DNA of 64,000 nt, from NCBI GenBank assembly GCA_963719315.1, contig CAVRBU010000004.1:32001-96000 (forward strand), written 5' to 3'. The translations under genes and the position numbers were made by a program. Source of the DNA: an uncultured Planctomycetota bacterium (GTDB lineage Bacteria > Planctomycetota > Planctomycetia > Pirellulales > Lacipirellulaceae). A model generated the notes under the pieces. That model made no database searches. It was not told where the DNA came from and worked only from the letters and a program-made list of their open reading frames with translations. Below are positions 22,600 to 35,167 of the stretch, in pieces. Position 1 is the stretch's first letter. The number at the start of each line of letters is the position of its first letter.

Positions 22600-24110
22600 G
22601 ATCTTCTCCTCCGTGAGAGAGTAACGAGTCAAAGCGGCGCAAGTCCGGCAGCGGGACTTGCACCGCAGGAATCGATCGCAGCTGCCCGATTAGGTTCGCT
22701 TCGCCGCGGGTGGAGCGCAGCGCCAGTCGCTCGCAGAGCCCAGCAATCCGCTCGGCCGTGACGACGCCGTCGCCGCGGCAGGCCTGGATGGCCTGCTCAA
22801 CCCGAGTCAGCGGGTGCTCTGCCAACAGCTGCAGCACGCGGATGAATTGCCGAGCGCCCGGCAACGATCCGTGGCGTGTTTCAAAATGTTCGCGCAACTG
22901 GGTAAACGCCGCCGGCAGACGCCAATTGCGGTAGACGTCAGTGTGATCCAAATAGGCTGGCTTCACTCCCAGAGTGGACAGGTAGTGCAGCGGATCGAGC
23001 ACTTGCTCGCCCTGTCCGTAGGAGCGCTCGTGCCGGGCAATCCGCTGGCCGTCGCGGATGACTTCGATGCGATCGATAGTGGCTTTTACCGTGACCGTGG
23101 CGAACGCATGCCGCCGCGGCACGCTGTAGCGATTCTTCTCCCAGGCGACCGTCTGGTACTTGTCGACTTGACGGACCTCGCTCACGGCGGCTTCAAACGG
23201 GCGCTCGGGCAGCGGCAAGGCGCTAATCTGCTCTGTCGCGAAGCGCGCCGATCGTTTCGCTGTGGCCCGCAATCGTCCGCCGAGCATCCCGCTCGCAGCA
23301 TTGAAGCAGGTAGGCATTTAGCTCTGTCAGATCCTTCACTTGAGGGACCGGCGTCGCCCACTGGCGCTCCAACAGCTTCACCCGGTTCTCGACGTGCGGC
23401 TTTTCGTTACCGCGAGCCGGCAGGCAGAACAACGGCTCGAAGTTGTAGTGACTGGCCAGCGCCTGCCAGCGCTGGTTCAACTCCCGTTGGCGGCCACGCA
23501 GAATCGTGGTCGCAACGGTTCTTGGATTATCCCACCACAGTTCTTTGGGCACGCAACGAAAAAACGCAAACGCCGCCACCGTGCCATGCAGGATCGCCTC
23601 GGTCTTTTCGCTCGGCAGCGCAATCATAAAGGTGGCGTTCGAGTAGGCCCACGTCACCAGCAGGATCGGAACCTGGCGCCTGCCTTCCGGGAAGTCGACC
23701 CAGATCTGACCGAAGTCGCTCTCGGCCCGTTGGCCTGGCTCGTACGACAAAGGGAGAAACGTTTCGCGCTGCCGCCCCCGCGTCGCGGCCACGTACCTTC
23801 GCACCTGGTCGTAGCTGCCGACGTACTGCTCTTCGTCCCGCAGCCGCCGAAAGAGTTGCGCTCCTGTGTGACGTTGCTTGCGAGGCGCCTGCTCATCTTC
23901 GACGAGAATCGCGCCGATCCATTGCTGGTGCACATCGGTCAGCACCCGCCGCGGTCGCGGTAGCGACAGCGTGTAAGGCCGCGGCTCTGCCTGCGCCAGT
24001 GCCTCGCGGATCTTTCGTCGCGAATGCCCAAACGTCCGGGCGATCTCCCGAATGCTCATGCCATCGCGATGAGCACGACGTATCCTGCCGTAATCCTCCA
24101 CCTTCAGCAT
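22406..24110 (-). CDS. istA: IS21 transposase IstA (frameshift near 23240)
   Basis: HTH start 'GMSIREIARTFGHSRRKIR'; DFG, WDN and EKPHVE DDE motifs; 'NRYSVP' in the second frame. Confidence 0.92.
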
Positions 24111-26765
24111 CCTTGACTCCGCTTCGCTGAATTCCCCAGTTTAAAAACCGGGAATCCAGCTTACGAAGTCCGCTGCGGTGGGTCCCTTTTCAATGCCGAT
24201 TCCGCACCCCAGGTGGGTCCCGTTTCAATGCCGATCTCCAACCGTCTGCGTCTACACTTTCATCGCCTCTCTGTTTGTCGCGCTCGCGAGCGCTTCTTCT
24301 GCCGCCGATAAGCTCGACCGCACAGTATTGCCGATCGCCGAACCGAACTATCCGCATAGCACCGTGCTCGATGTCCGCGAGGCCAAGGCCCCGCCGCGCT
24401 TCCAGGTCAAGGCGCCGGCCGGCGCGCCCAACGTGCTCATCGTCCTGATCGACGACATGGGATTCGGCATGCCCAGCGCCTTCGGCGGGCCCGATCCACA
24501 TGCCGACGGCGGACCGCCTGGCCAAGACAGGGACTGCGCTACAACCAGTTCCACACCACGGCGCTCTGTTCGCCGACGCGCGCGGCTCTGCTCACCGGCC
24601 GCAATCACCACATGAACAACATGGGCTCGATCACCGAAACAGCGACGGCGTTTCCCGGCAACACAGGGCAGCGGCCCAACAGCGTCACGCCGCTCGCCGA
24701 GATGCTGCGGCTGAACGGCTACAGCACCGCGCTTCTTCGGCAAGAACCACGAGACCGCGCCGTGGGAAGTCAGCCCATCCGGGCCGACGGACCGCTGGCC
24801 ACGCGCTCAGGCTTCGACAAGTTCTACGGCTTCATCGGCGGCGAGACCAACCAATGGGCGCCTACGCTCTACGACGGGATGACCCAGGTCGAGACGCCGC
24901 ATGATCCTGGCTACAACTTCATGACCGACATGACCGACAAAGCGATCGGCTGGATGAAGTTCCAGAAAGTCGCTGACGCCGGACAAGCCGTTCTTCATGT
25001 ACTTCGCTCCAGGCGCCACCCACGCTCCGCATCACGTGCCCGAAGGAGTGGATCGCCAAGTACAAGGGCAAGTTCGACGAGGGTTGGGACAAGATGCGCG
25101 AGGAGACGCTGGCGCGGCAGATCCAGCTGGGCGTGGTGCCGGCGGGCACGAAGCTCGCGCCCGAAGCCCGATGCGATCAAGGACTGGGATACGCTCAGCG
25201 CCGACGAGAAGAAGCTCTTCGCCCGGCAGATGGAGGTCTTCGCCGGCTTCGGGGAGTACTGCGACCACGAGATCGGCCGGCTGGTCGATGCCATCGGCGA
25301 AGTCGGCCAGCTCGACAACACGCTGATCTTCTACATCCTCGGCGACAACGGCGCGAGCGCCGAAGGCGGCATGAACGGCTGTTCAACGAGATGACCTACT
25401 TCAACGGCGTCGCAGGAGACCGTCCAGGAGATGCTCAAGCATTACGACGAACTGGGCGGACCAACGACTTACCGCACATGGCCGCCGGCTGGGCCGTCGC
25501 AGGCGACACGCCGTTCATGTGGACGAAGCAGGTTGCCGGCCAACTACGGCGGCACCCGCAACGGCATGGTCGTCTCACTGGCCCAAGCGCATCAAGGCAA
25601 CGAATGAGGTGCGCTCGCAGTGGCACCATGTCATCGACGTCGCGCCCACAATCCTGGAAGCGCGCGAGTCTGCCCGAACCGAAGAGCGTCAACGGCACTC
25701 CGCAGGAGCCGATCGAAGGCGTGAGCATGCTCTACACGTTCGACCAGACGCCAAAGCGCCGAGCACGCACAAGACCCAGTACTTCGAAATCTTCGGCAAT
25801 CGCGCCATCTACCACGACGGCTGGTTGGCCGGCACCGTCCACAGGGCCGCCGTGGGAGACCAAACCCCGCGCGAAGCTCGAGGAGGACACATGGGAGCTG
25901 TACGACACTCGCCAGGACTTCAGCCTTGCGAACGATCTGGCCGCGAAGAACCCGAGGAAGCTGAAGGAGATGCAGGACGTGTTCATGAAGGAGGCGGTCA
26001 AGTACCGTGTTCCTCCCATCGACGATCGTACCGTCGAGCGCGTCAACGCCGCCCTCGTCGGGCAGGCCCGACCTGATGGGCGGTCGCACATCGCTGACGG
26101 TCTACGAGGGCATGGACGGGATGAGCGAGAACGTCTTCATCAACATCAAGAACCGTTCGCACTCCATCACCGCCGACGTGGAGATTCCCAAAGACGGCGC
26201 GAACGGCGTGATCCTCGCCAGGGCGGACGGTTCGGCGGCTGGAGCCTCTACCTGAAGGATGGCAAGCCGACTTACTCCTACAACTTCCTCGGGCCTGAGC
26301 GAATTCAAGGTCGCTGCACGCAAGGCGCTGGCAGCCGGGTAATGCCACGATCCGCGTCGAATTTCGACTACGACGGCGGCGGAGTCGGCAAGGGCGGCAC
26401 AGCCACGCTTCTCGTCAACGGCGAAGAAGGTCGCCAGCGGGACGGATCGAGCGCACCAACGCTCACGATCTTCTCGGCCGACGAGACGGCGGCTGTGGGT
26501 GTGGATGACGCCACACCGGTCACCGACAGACTACAAGGAGCGCGACAACGCCTTCACTGGCAGGATCATGAAGGTCACCCTGGATGTAAAGCCCATCGGT
26601 GCGGCGGACAAAGCCGAAGCAAACGCGGCTCAGCGCAACGCAACAGTTAAGAAAGCCTTGTCCGATTGATTAATCGATGTGAACCACGCGGCCAACGGCG
26701 GGCCGAATTTCCGTGTCGCGCGGATGCTGCCCCATCGAAGCGGAAAACGCGAATTGCGCCTCGCC

Positions 26766-27015
26766 TCGGTCGCATCGCCCGGGAGCACCAACGCGCACAT
26801 CGGGGCAGGGCACAATCACACGTATTACGAGTGCAGAGTTAGTGCAGAGAAAAGCACGCGACGGGACGATAAGCAAAGCACTTGCGTGAAAAGAACGTGA
26901 AAGCTACGTTGATCAAAAGTGGCTGATTTGTCGGCACTTACGCATCTACTTTGCATTTCTGCTGGATCGTCTGGGGGTCAAAAGGTCGCTGGTTCGAATC
27001 CAGTCGGCCCGACTA
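26766..27015 (+). repeat. About 250-bp direct repeat (unit right end plus tRNA-Pro 3' fragment copy 2 at 26971-27014)
   Basis: Nearly identical to 35168-35415; contains AGTGCAGAG-TT-AGTGCAGAG (26830-26849). Confidence 0.92.
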
Positions 27016-28930
27016 ACTTACGACGATTTTCTATCACTTGCTAACTTTGCACATTTGGAACTCGCGGATACGTAAGCCCTTACTAGTCGTACGCAAATCA
27101 AAATGATTTTGCGATCGACCTTTTGACGCTTTGTCAAATGGGTCGGTGCGAAAAGCGGCCGAAGTACTTGCTGTCGACGCTTATCAAAATCGCATCGAAC
27201 GCGTCACCGAACTTGCCAATACGAAATGAGGAGGGGAGGGCGTTCGGTTTCTCCGCTATCAAGCTCCGGTTGTACCTCCTCATCATAAAACGGTCTTTAC
27301 TCGGAATTTCGAGCACACCCGAACTCGCGTCGGAGTTTCGCTGCCGAAGCGCGCGACGAATTGCGGGAATCTGCGTCGGTGGTCGCCACGTGTTTGCCAC
27401 CGACGCGCGCAACGCGGCCACGGCCCAGTCCCGACGATCACAAAGAGTCGCGGGCGAAGAATGCCACGGGTGGTGGTCCTTACGGAGGCTCGCCATTCCT
27501 TGGTTGGGATCACCAAATACGAACGTCCGGCGATGTCAAAAAGCTCCCTGATTGATGGCAGTCTCGCACTTTGAATTCCAACATGAATATAGGAATGTCG
27601 CAGCCAGAAGATTTAATGGCGAGCGGACTTGTGCTGAGGAGGAGCCGGGAAACCAACGTTTCTGAAACGTTTTGTCATAATACCGCTCGGAATGTGCGTC
27701 TTTAACAGAGCGTTGGACGTTGGTGAACGTGGTAACTATTGGGCGATGCAATGCCGGAGTGGGTGGGCGTCTTTTTTGTTGGTGGTATTAGACGGCAGTC
27801 TGATACCAGAAGCCTTCCCACTGTCCGGGCTGGCCGAGGAACAGGGCGCGGAGGTGGCAGACGCTGTCGCTGCCGGGCTCTCGCCAGCGCATCCCGCTGC
27901 CTTTGAGCCGTCCTCCCACGACCAGCTTGCACGCGGCTTCCACCGGACCGGAGCCGATCATCCAACCGCGGGTCAAGTACGTGGGATAGTCCATGCGATG
28001 GACGTTGTTCCGCACGTATTGTGCTTGTTGTCGGTAGCACTCCCGCTGGGCCTCGTTCCAGTCGCTCTGATCGAGCGATTCCCAACTGGCCACGAGCGCT
28101 GCTCCTCCTTCGTGCTTGAGCTTGTGACACCAGTCACGTTGTCGTTTGGCAAAGGCGCCGTCATCGCCCGGGTGAAGCGCACGAGCCAATTCGGCCACGT
28201 GCTCACTGGCATGGTAAAAGTCGAGGATCCGCACCGCCAGCGGCGCGTTCTTCTCGATGAAACGCTCCAAGCAAGGAGCGCCGTCGGTCAGCGCGATCTG
28301 TTGCTCGGCGTGGTCCCAGCCGACCTGCGCGGCCTGCCGGCGCCATTGCAGCCCCAAATCGTCTAAATCATGAAAACCGGCCAAATACCGCACTTGGTGT
28401 GGATCTTGGGCTGGTTGTTCCTCGAACGGCGAACGCGCATTGAAGACCATCGCCACCGCGGCCATCCGCGACTCCGCCGGGCCACCGCCGATGGCCTGCT
28501 GCGGCACCCCCGTGTGATCGACGGCCAGGTAGGCGCAGCGCCGACCCTCGGCATCCCGTTGCCAAAGCCAGTCTTCCTGGGGGCCAAACGTTTGCTTGGC
28601 CGCGAGTTTCGCTCCCAAGCGTTGGCCCGCTTCTTCCGTGACGCGCAGCACGGTCGACTCCGCCAACCGAATGCCACTCATGCGGACCAAGGCTCGTTCG
28701 GCCGCCAAGCCAAAGCTGCTCAGCGTGCCGGCCAGCGACGCCAGTTCCTCCGCGCCGGGCGTGACGTGCCGCGGGGTGAGGCCCAGCCGCTCGTCCCAGG
28801 GCTGCTGGCTCGCGCCGCACTGGCAGCAGTAGTAATAGGTCCGCGTCAAACGGATGTCTCCCAGCAGGCTGACCAATCCTTTCGTTCGCCAGTCGATGAA
28901 CTTCGCGCTGCCGCCGCAGGAGCAGGCTAA

Positions 28931-30485
28931 CAGCCTGTTGAAGAAGTTGGTATTTGGTGATTTTAGGCAGCCAACGCGAGCGGTTGGTTGATGGTTGATT
29001 TTTGTCGGCCGGTCGGCGGCGTGGGCGTCAGCAGACGCTCCAGCGCGGCCAGGGTGTTAAACAACACAACATGCAAGGCGTCGGCAAGCCCGCCGTTCCC
29101 TTGCAGGCTCCTGGCCGTGCCGATTCCGAACAAGTGGCGCAGGACGAGGCCCAGATTGCGTGCCATGGCCGACGTCAGGTATCGCTTTCTCACTTTCTCG
29201 ATACCATGCAGCCACGTTCGCCGACTGCCGCCCGTCTCGCAGACGTGGGCGAAACTCCGCTCGACCTTCTCACTCCTCTCGCGCTGTAGAGCACGTCCTC
29301 GCTTTCCTTTGACCCGGCGGCGGTTGCCCGTCACCGCCCGACGCTCTTCGTCCGCTTTGTTTTTCCAATTGCGACGATGCGCGTGCTGTGGTTCGGCGAT
29401 GTACGTTCGTAGACCTTCAGTAAATTCCAATTCCGCGAGCGTCTCGTTCCCCGAGTAGCCTTTGTCCGCCACCGCCTCCTCGATGTCCGCGTCGCTGTCG
29501 GCTTGAATCAAGTTGTCTTGCGCTTGGCTGAGGCTCGGGCCGATCGTGTCCACGTCGGCCGCGTTGGCGTGATAGATCTCGGCCGCCAGGATCAGCTCCG
29601 TGTCCAGATCGACGACGTGTTCGGCCTTGTAGGCCAGATGCGTGCGGCCGTCCTTCATCCGGGTGATCCGGCTGTCTGGGTCGGTTTCGCTCTGCCATTC
29701 TTGGTTCGAGACCTTTTTGTCCTTGCGCTGGCGATCGAACCGAGCAATCTCCTCGGCTGAGGGTTCGTCGCCCGGCTCGATCTGGCCTGCTTCCTGCATC
29801 AGACGCCGAACATACTCCTGCCAGTCCTCGCCCGTGTCGCGCCTGACGATGCTCTTCATGGCCGCGTCGGCCTCCAGGGTCGTGGCGTCGACGCCCACCG
29901 TCTTGCCGGCGAGCAGGCCTTGCTGCTCAGCCACCTCGAGCACGAAGCAGAATACTTGCCGATGAACCGACAACGGCAGTCGGTCGCGGACCCGCGTCAG
30001 GCTCGAATGGTCAGGCGTCTCTTCGCCGAGCGGGACGCCCAGAAATTCTCGCAAGCTGAGACTGTCGGCACACCGCCAGGCGATGCCCCGCTGCGAGCCG
30101 AGGCCCTCGAAGTAGCCCACCAACAGCATCCGGAAGTAGACGCCCGGCGGAATGCCGGGCCGCCCCATCGTTTCGTGATAGTACGGCTCACAGAGCCTTT
30201 CGACGAACTCGTCGAAGCCGGCTGCTCGCAGCAATTGATTGAGCTTGCCGTAAAACACATGCCCTTCCGACCGCGGCAACTGGTCCACCGGGATCCAGAA
30301 GGACGACTGCTGCTCTTGGTTGCGGTGTCCCAACGCCATCCGTGATCTCCTCAATTCGGCTCTGCGGATGCCTGAGCAAAACAATAATCGCTCTTACACT
30401 GGCATCCACGCCAACCGCAGGCGACAATTTACGCCATGCCGTCGTTAGCGAAAGTCTATCCAAAGGAGACTTCTTCAACAGGCTG
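28931..30485 (-). mobile_element. IS5/IS1182-like insertion sequence, 1555 bp, nested in the ISKra4-like element
   Basis: Perfect 17-bp IR CAGCCTGTTGAAGAAGT; 4-bp target duplication CTAA. Confidence 0.93.
28963..30339 (-). CDS. DDE transposase (IS1182/IS5-like)
   Basis: GRPGIPP...PDHSSLTR N-terminal domain; VDATTLEA, VADKGY and RSEKVERSFAH motifs. Confidence 0.9.
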   Translation of the reverse strand: MALGHRNQEQQSSFWIPVDQLPRSEGHVFYGKLNQLLRAAGFDEFVERLCEPYYHETMGRPGIPPGVYFRMLLVGYFEGLGSQRGIAWRCADSLSLREFLGVPLGEETPDHSSLTRVRDRLPLSVHRQVFCFVLEVAEQQGLLAGKTVGVDATTLEADAAMKSIVRRDTGEDWQEYVRRLMQEAGQIEPGDEPSAEEIARFDRQRKDKKVSNQEWQSETDPDSRITRMKDGRTHLAYKAEHVVDLDTELILAAEIYHANAADVDTIGPSLSQAQDNLIQADSDADIEEAVADKGYSGNETLAELEFTEGLRTYIAEPQHAHRRNWKNKADEERRAVTGNRRRVKGKRGRALQRERSEKVERSFAHVCETGGSRRTWLHGIEKVRKRYLTSAMARNLGLVLRHLFGIGTARSLQGNGGLADALHVVLFNTLAALERLLTPTPPTGRQKSTINQPLALAA

Positions 30486-31021
30486 CTAAGCTAGCTCCCT
30501 GATAAGCGCCCCTTTTTTACACACTCGTTGGTGGCGGTCTCCAGCACGTTCGCTCCCAAATCGAACAACATGTCCCGCAACTCGAACTCGCCGCGGCCCA
30601 ACAACTCCTCGGGCTTCTTCGCCGCCATCATCCGCGCCATGTTCTTCAACTGCTGTTCGGCCTGGCCCTTGAGCGACTCGTAAATCCGCTCCGCCGCCGC
30701 TTCCTCTTCCGCTGTCAGGTCCAGTTCCAACGCCTTGATCTGCTTGGCCATCGCTCTGCTCTCCGGTCTTCGAGTTCGAGAATTACCCCCCAATTGTCAC
30801 AGACCCTTCAGCAGAGCAGATTTCCCACCAACAATCGAGACGCCTACCCATGCCGGATGGATGGGCGAATTGACTCATTGCTATTCCGGATGTGGCGGAG
30901 GACAATTTTTGGTCCTGGCGCTCGCGGCGTATGCTCCTGCATCCAGCTCTCCCGCCGCGAGGAAGTACTGGATGGAGAGTATCCCCACTGGTGCCTTCAC
31001 CAAACCGAAAGGAATCGTTCC

Positions 31022-34000
31022 GTGAGCAGCGTGACAATCAACACTAAAACAAAACGCTCAGACTTGAGCACGGTCCTGTCCAGATGGTGCCTGGGAGTGG
31101 CAACCTGCCTGGCCGTGCAGTGCTTCGCGACGACTGGCAATGCGCAGACTCCGTGGACGAATCCGGGTGGCGGATTTTGGCATACGGGTTCCAACTGGTT
31201 CGGTGGTTCGCCGCCAGCGCCAGGAGGAACTGCGATCTTCGCCTTGCCGAACACTTACAACGTTCTATGGAACAACAGCTTTGGAGATTCGGTTAACGCC
31301 CAGTTGGTTGTCGGTGCTGGAAATGTGACCTTTTCCAACACCAGTGCGTCAACTCGAACCTATTCGGTCGGCGGTAATTCGGTGATTACGGGAAGTGGAG
31401 CCACTCTGACGGTGGGTTCGTTCCCGGGAAACATCATGCAACTGACCAGCGGCGGATATGTGGTCAATTCCGGGGGCAGCTTGTCGCGACCGTCGGCAGC
31501 AAGATCAGCACGCCCGGTCTGTTGACGGTGGCAAGCGCCGGAAGCGGCACGCTGACCGTCCAGGCAGGCGGGATTATCCAGGCCGAACTGCTGAGACTGG
31601 GAGACGGCGGATCGGGTTCTGCGCTGGTGACTGGCGCGGGCTCGCAGCTCAACATGGTCTCGACTAATGGATTGACTTCGTATGTTGGCTATTCAGGAAC
31701 CGGCCTCTTGAATATCCAGAATGGAGGGTTGGTAACAACCAGCAGCACGACTACGACAATTGGCGCCAATCCTGGCAGCACCGGCACGGTGAATGTAACA
31801 GGAGCGGGATCGCGCCTGGTTCTGGACAGTGTCTGGCAAGATGACCTGGCGATCGGCGGTGACGGAACCGGCCTGCTCAATATCCTTGACGGAGGGTTTG
31901 TCACCAACAGGCAAGCCTTTGTCGGCCTGACTTCTGGCGGCACTGGAACAATCAACGTTTCCGGCGCAGGATCGACCTGGCAGATTGAATCGTTGCGAAT
32001 GAGCAATGGATCGCTGACCGTTCAGTCGGGCGGCCAGGCAACCATGGGTTCGTCATTAATTGGAGAAGGTGGCGCTGGCATCAGCACCGTGACGGTTTCC
32101 GGGGTTGGGTCGCTGTTGAACTGTGAGGACGCCATTGTTGGTAATAATGCCGTAGGATTTTTGAACGTTCTTGCCGGAGGAAAGGTAACGAGTTCCGTGC
32201 GTGGCCTGGTCGGTTTTAGTGAGGGGTCAAATGGGACCGTCATCGTGGGTGGCAGCGGATCAACTTGGAACATTTCACAATATCTTCTGCTGGGCTACAA
32301 CGATGGAGACGCGGATACCGAGGGGACGTTGACGGTTCATTCGGGTGGATTGGTAACAAGCGGTTCCGCATTCCTTGGCAGGGCCTACGTTGGTACCGGT
32401 AGTGCCACGGGAACGGCGACGGTGACTGGCATTGGATCACGGTGGAACATCTCCGGCGAACTGCATGTGGGCGAGGAGGGCGACGCGGGTGACGAGGGCA
32501 CCGGCGTGCTGAATGTTGCGGCCGGAGGAGTGGTCACCAATGCCAGTGGCATTGTCGGCAACGAAGCCAACTCACCCGGCACCGTGAACGTAACCGGCAG
32601 CGGCTCGCGGTGGAATAACACGTCCGATTTGATTGTGGGCTATTTTGGGAACGGCATTCTCGACGTTACGGCAGGGGGCGTGGTTGCCAATACGGTCGGA
32701 ACTGTCGGCCACGAAACCGGCTCCTCCGGCTTCGTGACGGTGACGGGCAATGGCTCACGGTGGGATAATTCAAGCAATATGCATGTGGGCTTTAGGGGCA
32801 CCGGCACACTGAATGTCCAGAACGGCGGCGTCGTCACCAACGCAATTGGCACTGTCGCCCAAGTAGCCGGCTCAACGGGCACCGCGACAGTGACCGGCGT
32901 TGGCTCGCGGTGGAGCAACTCCGATTTTCTGGTGGTGGGCAATGCCGACGATGGCACGCTGAATGTTGCGGCCGGTGGCGTGGTCACCGACACCCAGGGC
33001 TTTATCGGCAACGAAGGCGGCTCATCGGGTTTCGTGACGGTGACCGGCAGTGGATCGCGGTGGAATAACTCAGGTCTGCTGAGTGTGGGCCATTCCGTCG
33101 GCAGCGGCAGGCTGAATGTCGAACAGGGAGGGGTTGTTACCAATCTCGACGGCTTTATCGGTTTCGGTGCTGGTTCAACGGGTATCGCGACCGTGACCGG
33201 CGGTGGCTCGCAATGGAATAACACCTCCTATCTGATTGTGGGCTATTTCGGAAACGGCACGCTGAATGTTACGGCAGGCGGCGTGGTCACCAATACGGCT
33301 GGCATTGTCGGCCAAGAAGTCGGCTCAACCGGCGCCGTGACGGTAAACGGCATTGGCTCGCGGTGGAACAACTCCAGCACTCTCGAGGTGGGTCGTTTCG
33401 CGAACGGCACCCTGAATGTTGCGGCAGGTGGCCTGGTCACCAATACGGTGGGCCTTGTCGGCAACGCAGCCGGCTCATCTGGCGCCGTGACGGTAACCGG
33501 CAGTGGGTCGCGGTGGGATAACGCGTCCGAACTGAATGTGGGCGTTCAGGGCACCGGCACGTTGAATGTCGAGGCAGGGGGCGTGGTCACCACGACGCAT
33601 GGATTGATCGGTCGATTTGCCGGCTCATCCGGCACCGTGACGGTGACCGGCAGTGGATCGCAGTGGATTAACTCGCCCTACCTGTTTGTGGGCCACGAGG
33701 GCACCGGCATGCTGCACGTCGAGGCAGGCGGCGTGGTCACGGCAGGTAATAGCGCTATTGGGACAGTCAGCGGCTCATCCGGCACCGTGACGGTGACCGG
33801 CAGTGGCTCACAATGGAATAACACGGGCTCTCTGATTGTGGGCCATGTGAGCAATGGCATTCTGAATGTTACGGCAGGTGGCGTGGTCACCAATCCGGTG
33901 GGCGTTGTCGGCAACGAAGCCGGCTCATCCGGCGCCGTGACGGTGACCGGCAGTGGATCACAGTGGAATAACTCGGACTCTCTGCAAGTGGGCAGTTTCG

Positions 34001-35016
34001 GAAACGGCACGCTGAATATTGCCAATGGTGGAAGCGTCAACGTGGGCAATCTCACAACGGTTGGCGCAGACGGTCAGATCAACAACAGCGATGGCAGTTT
34101 CGTCGGCAATACGGTGATCAATCAGCCCGGTGGCGAGATTCTTGGCCGCGGATCGTTTTCCGCCATTGGCGGCTGGAGCAACTCGGGTTTTATGGCCTTT
34201 CGCGGTGGAGTGTCGAATGTCTACGGAGCCGTCAACAACCTGGCGGGCGGAACGATTTTCTCAGAATTCTTCGGCACGACCTATTTTCACGGCGATGTCG
34301 TTCACAACGGAGTCCAAATCGCAGTCGGCGCTGGCAGCCGCATCGAGTTCCAGGGGACCGTATCAGGCGCGGGCAACTACTTCAGCGGCGGGACGGTCAC
34401 CATGAACGGCGCGTTTCGTCCAGGCAACGGCCCTGGTGTCGTCAGCTTCGCAAGCGATCTCGCGTTCGGCGCAGGCGCGTCGCTCGAAATCGAAATTGGC
34501 GGACTCACCGCGGGCTCGCAGCACGACAAGCTGAGCATCGCCGGCAACCTTGCGCTCGACGGCGAGTTAGAAGTTTCACTCATCAACGGCTTCAACCCAA
34601 GTGCCGGCCAGTCGTTCAACATCCTCGACTGGGGCACCTTGGGGGGAACGTTCGCAACGCCGCTCCACCTGCCTTCACTTGCTGGCACCCTCGCTTGGAA
34701 TACGAGCCAGCTCTACACAACCGGCGTGCTCAGCGTCGATTCCGGCCTACTTGGCGACTACAACAACAACAGCGTCGTCGATTCGGCCGATTATGCTCTC
34801 TGGCGCAAGAACATCAACACCGCGGTCACGCTACCCAACGACTCGACGCCCGGCACCAGTCCGGCCGATTACACGGTGTGGCGGTCCCACTTCGGCCAAA
34901 CACCAGGTAGCGGATCGGGTGCTAGGGCGACTGCCGCCGTTCCTGAACCGGCGACTTTGATGCTGCTGATGTTGGCGGCGACTGGCTGGTGTCTTCGGCG
35001 ACGCCGGGTCGCATAG
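31022..35016 (+). CDS. PEP-CTERM surface protein with T5SS/PEP-CTERM-associated beta-helix repeats (frameshift near 31490)
   Basis: RBS AAGGA before GTG; signal peptide; many repeats of GTLNVxxGGVVTN...GxVTVTGxGSxW; dockerin-like GDYNNNSVVDSADY; C-terminal VPEPATLMLLMLAATGWCLRRRR. Confidence 0.88.
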
Positions 35017-35167
35017 AAAGTCCCATCAACTCATGAGTGCGTGAAACGCTTCATCAACCCATCGACTTAGAAACGGTGTTCCACCGGCACATTTCGCCAA
35101 CTAACCTGCTTCGGTCGCTCCCACGTCGTACCCACCGACGCATCGACGGCGCTGTTGCCAGTTGCTG

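Larger units (their letters stand above)
21639..24240 (-). mobile_element. IS21-family insertion sequence, 2602 bp
   Basis: TG...CA ends; terminal IR TGGAGATCGGCATTGAAA.GGGACCCACCTGGG with internal repeats; 6-bp target duplication ACCGTC (21633-21638 / 24241-24246); istA and istB present. Confidence 0.95.
21627..26669 (+). pseudogene. Arylsulfatase interrupted after codon 4 by IS21, with many frameshifts
   Basis: RBS AAGGA plus ATG AAG ACC GTC at 21627 continues at 24247 as CVYTFIASLFVALASA...; NVLIVLIDDMGFG, CSPTRAALLTGRNHH and GDNGASAEGG motifs; stop at 26667-26669. Confidence 0.85.
19896..27014. mobile_element. Integrative unit B (no integrase), bounded by tRNA-Pro 3' fragments
   Basis: Left end homologous to 27016-27082; right end 26766-27015 nearly identical to 35168-35415. 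Confidence 0.7.
27788..30751 (-). pseudogene. ISKra4-family transposase (orf1 30751-30491, A6G4 shift site, catalytic part to 27788), split by an IS insertion
   Basis: Removing 28931-30489 rejoins YQGASLACSCGGSAKF...YYYCCQCG; TDGA, ILDFYHASEH and IGSGPVEAACK...RLKGSGMRW motifs. Confidence 0.85.
27761..30849 (-). mobile_element. ISKra4-like element interrupted by a second IS
   Basis: Imperfect IRs GGGTGGGCGTCTTTTTTGTTGGTGG / CCACCAACAATCGAGACGCCTACCC; flanks ATGCCGGAGT / ATGCCGGAT (~9-bp duplication with one extra base). Confidence 0.85.

Noticed and set aside
27123..27551. ORF at the start of unit C as a recombinase or excisionase
   Set aside because: No recognisable motif, TTG start and atypical composition; unsupported
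32400..34030. Nucleotide repeats as a DGR template/variable pair or CRISPR
   Set aside because: They are in-frame coding repeats of the beta-helix protein; there is no reverse transcriptase and no adenine-specific variation pattern
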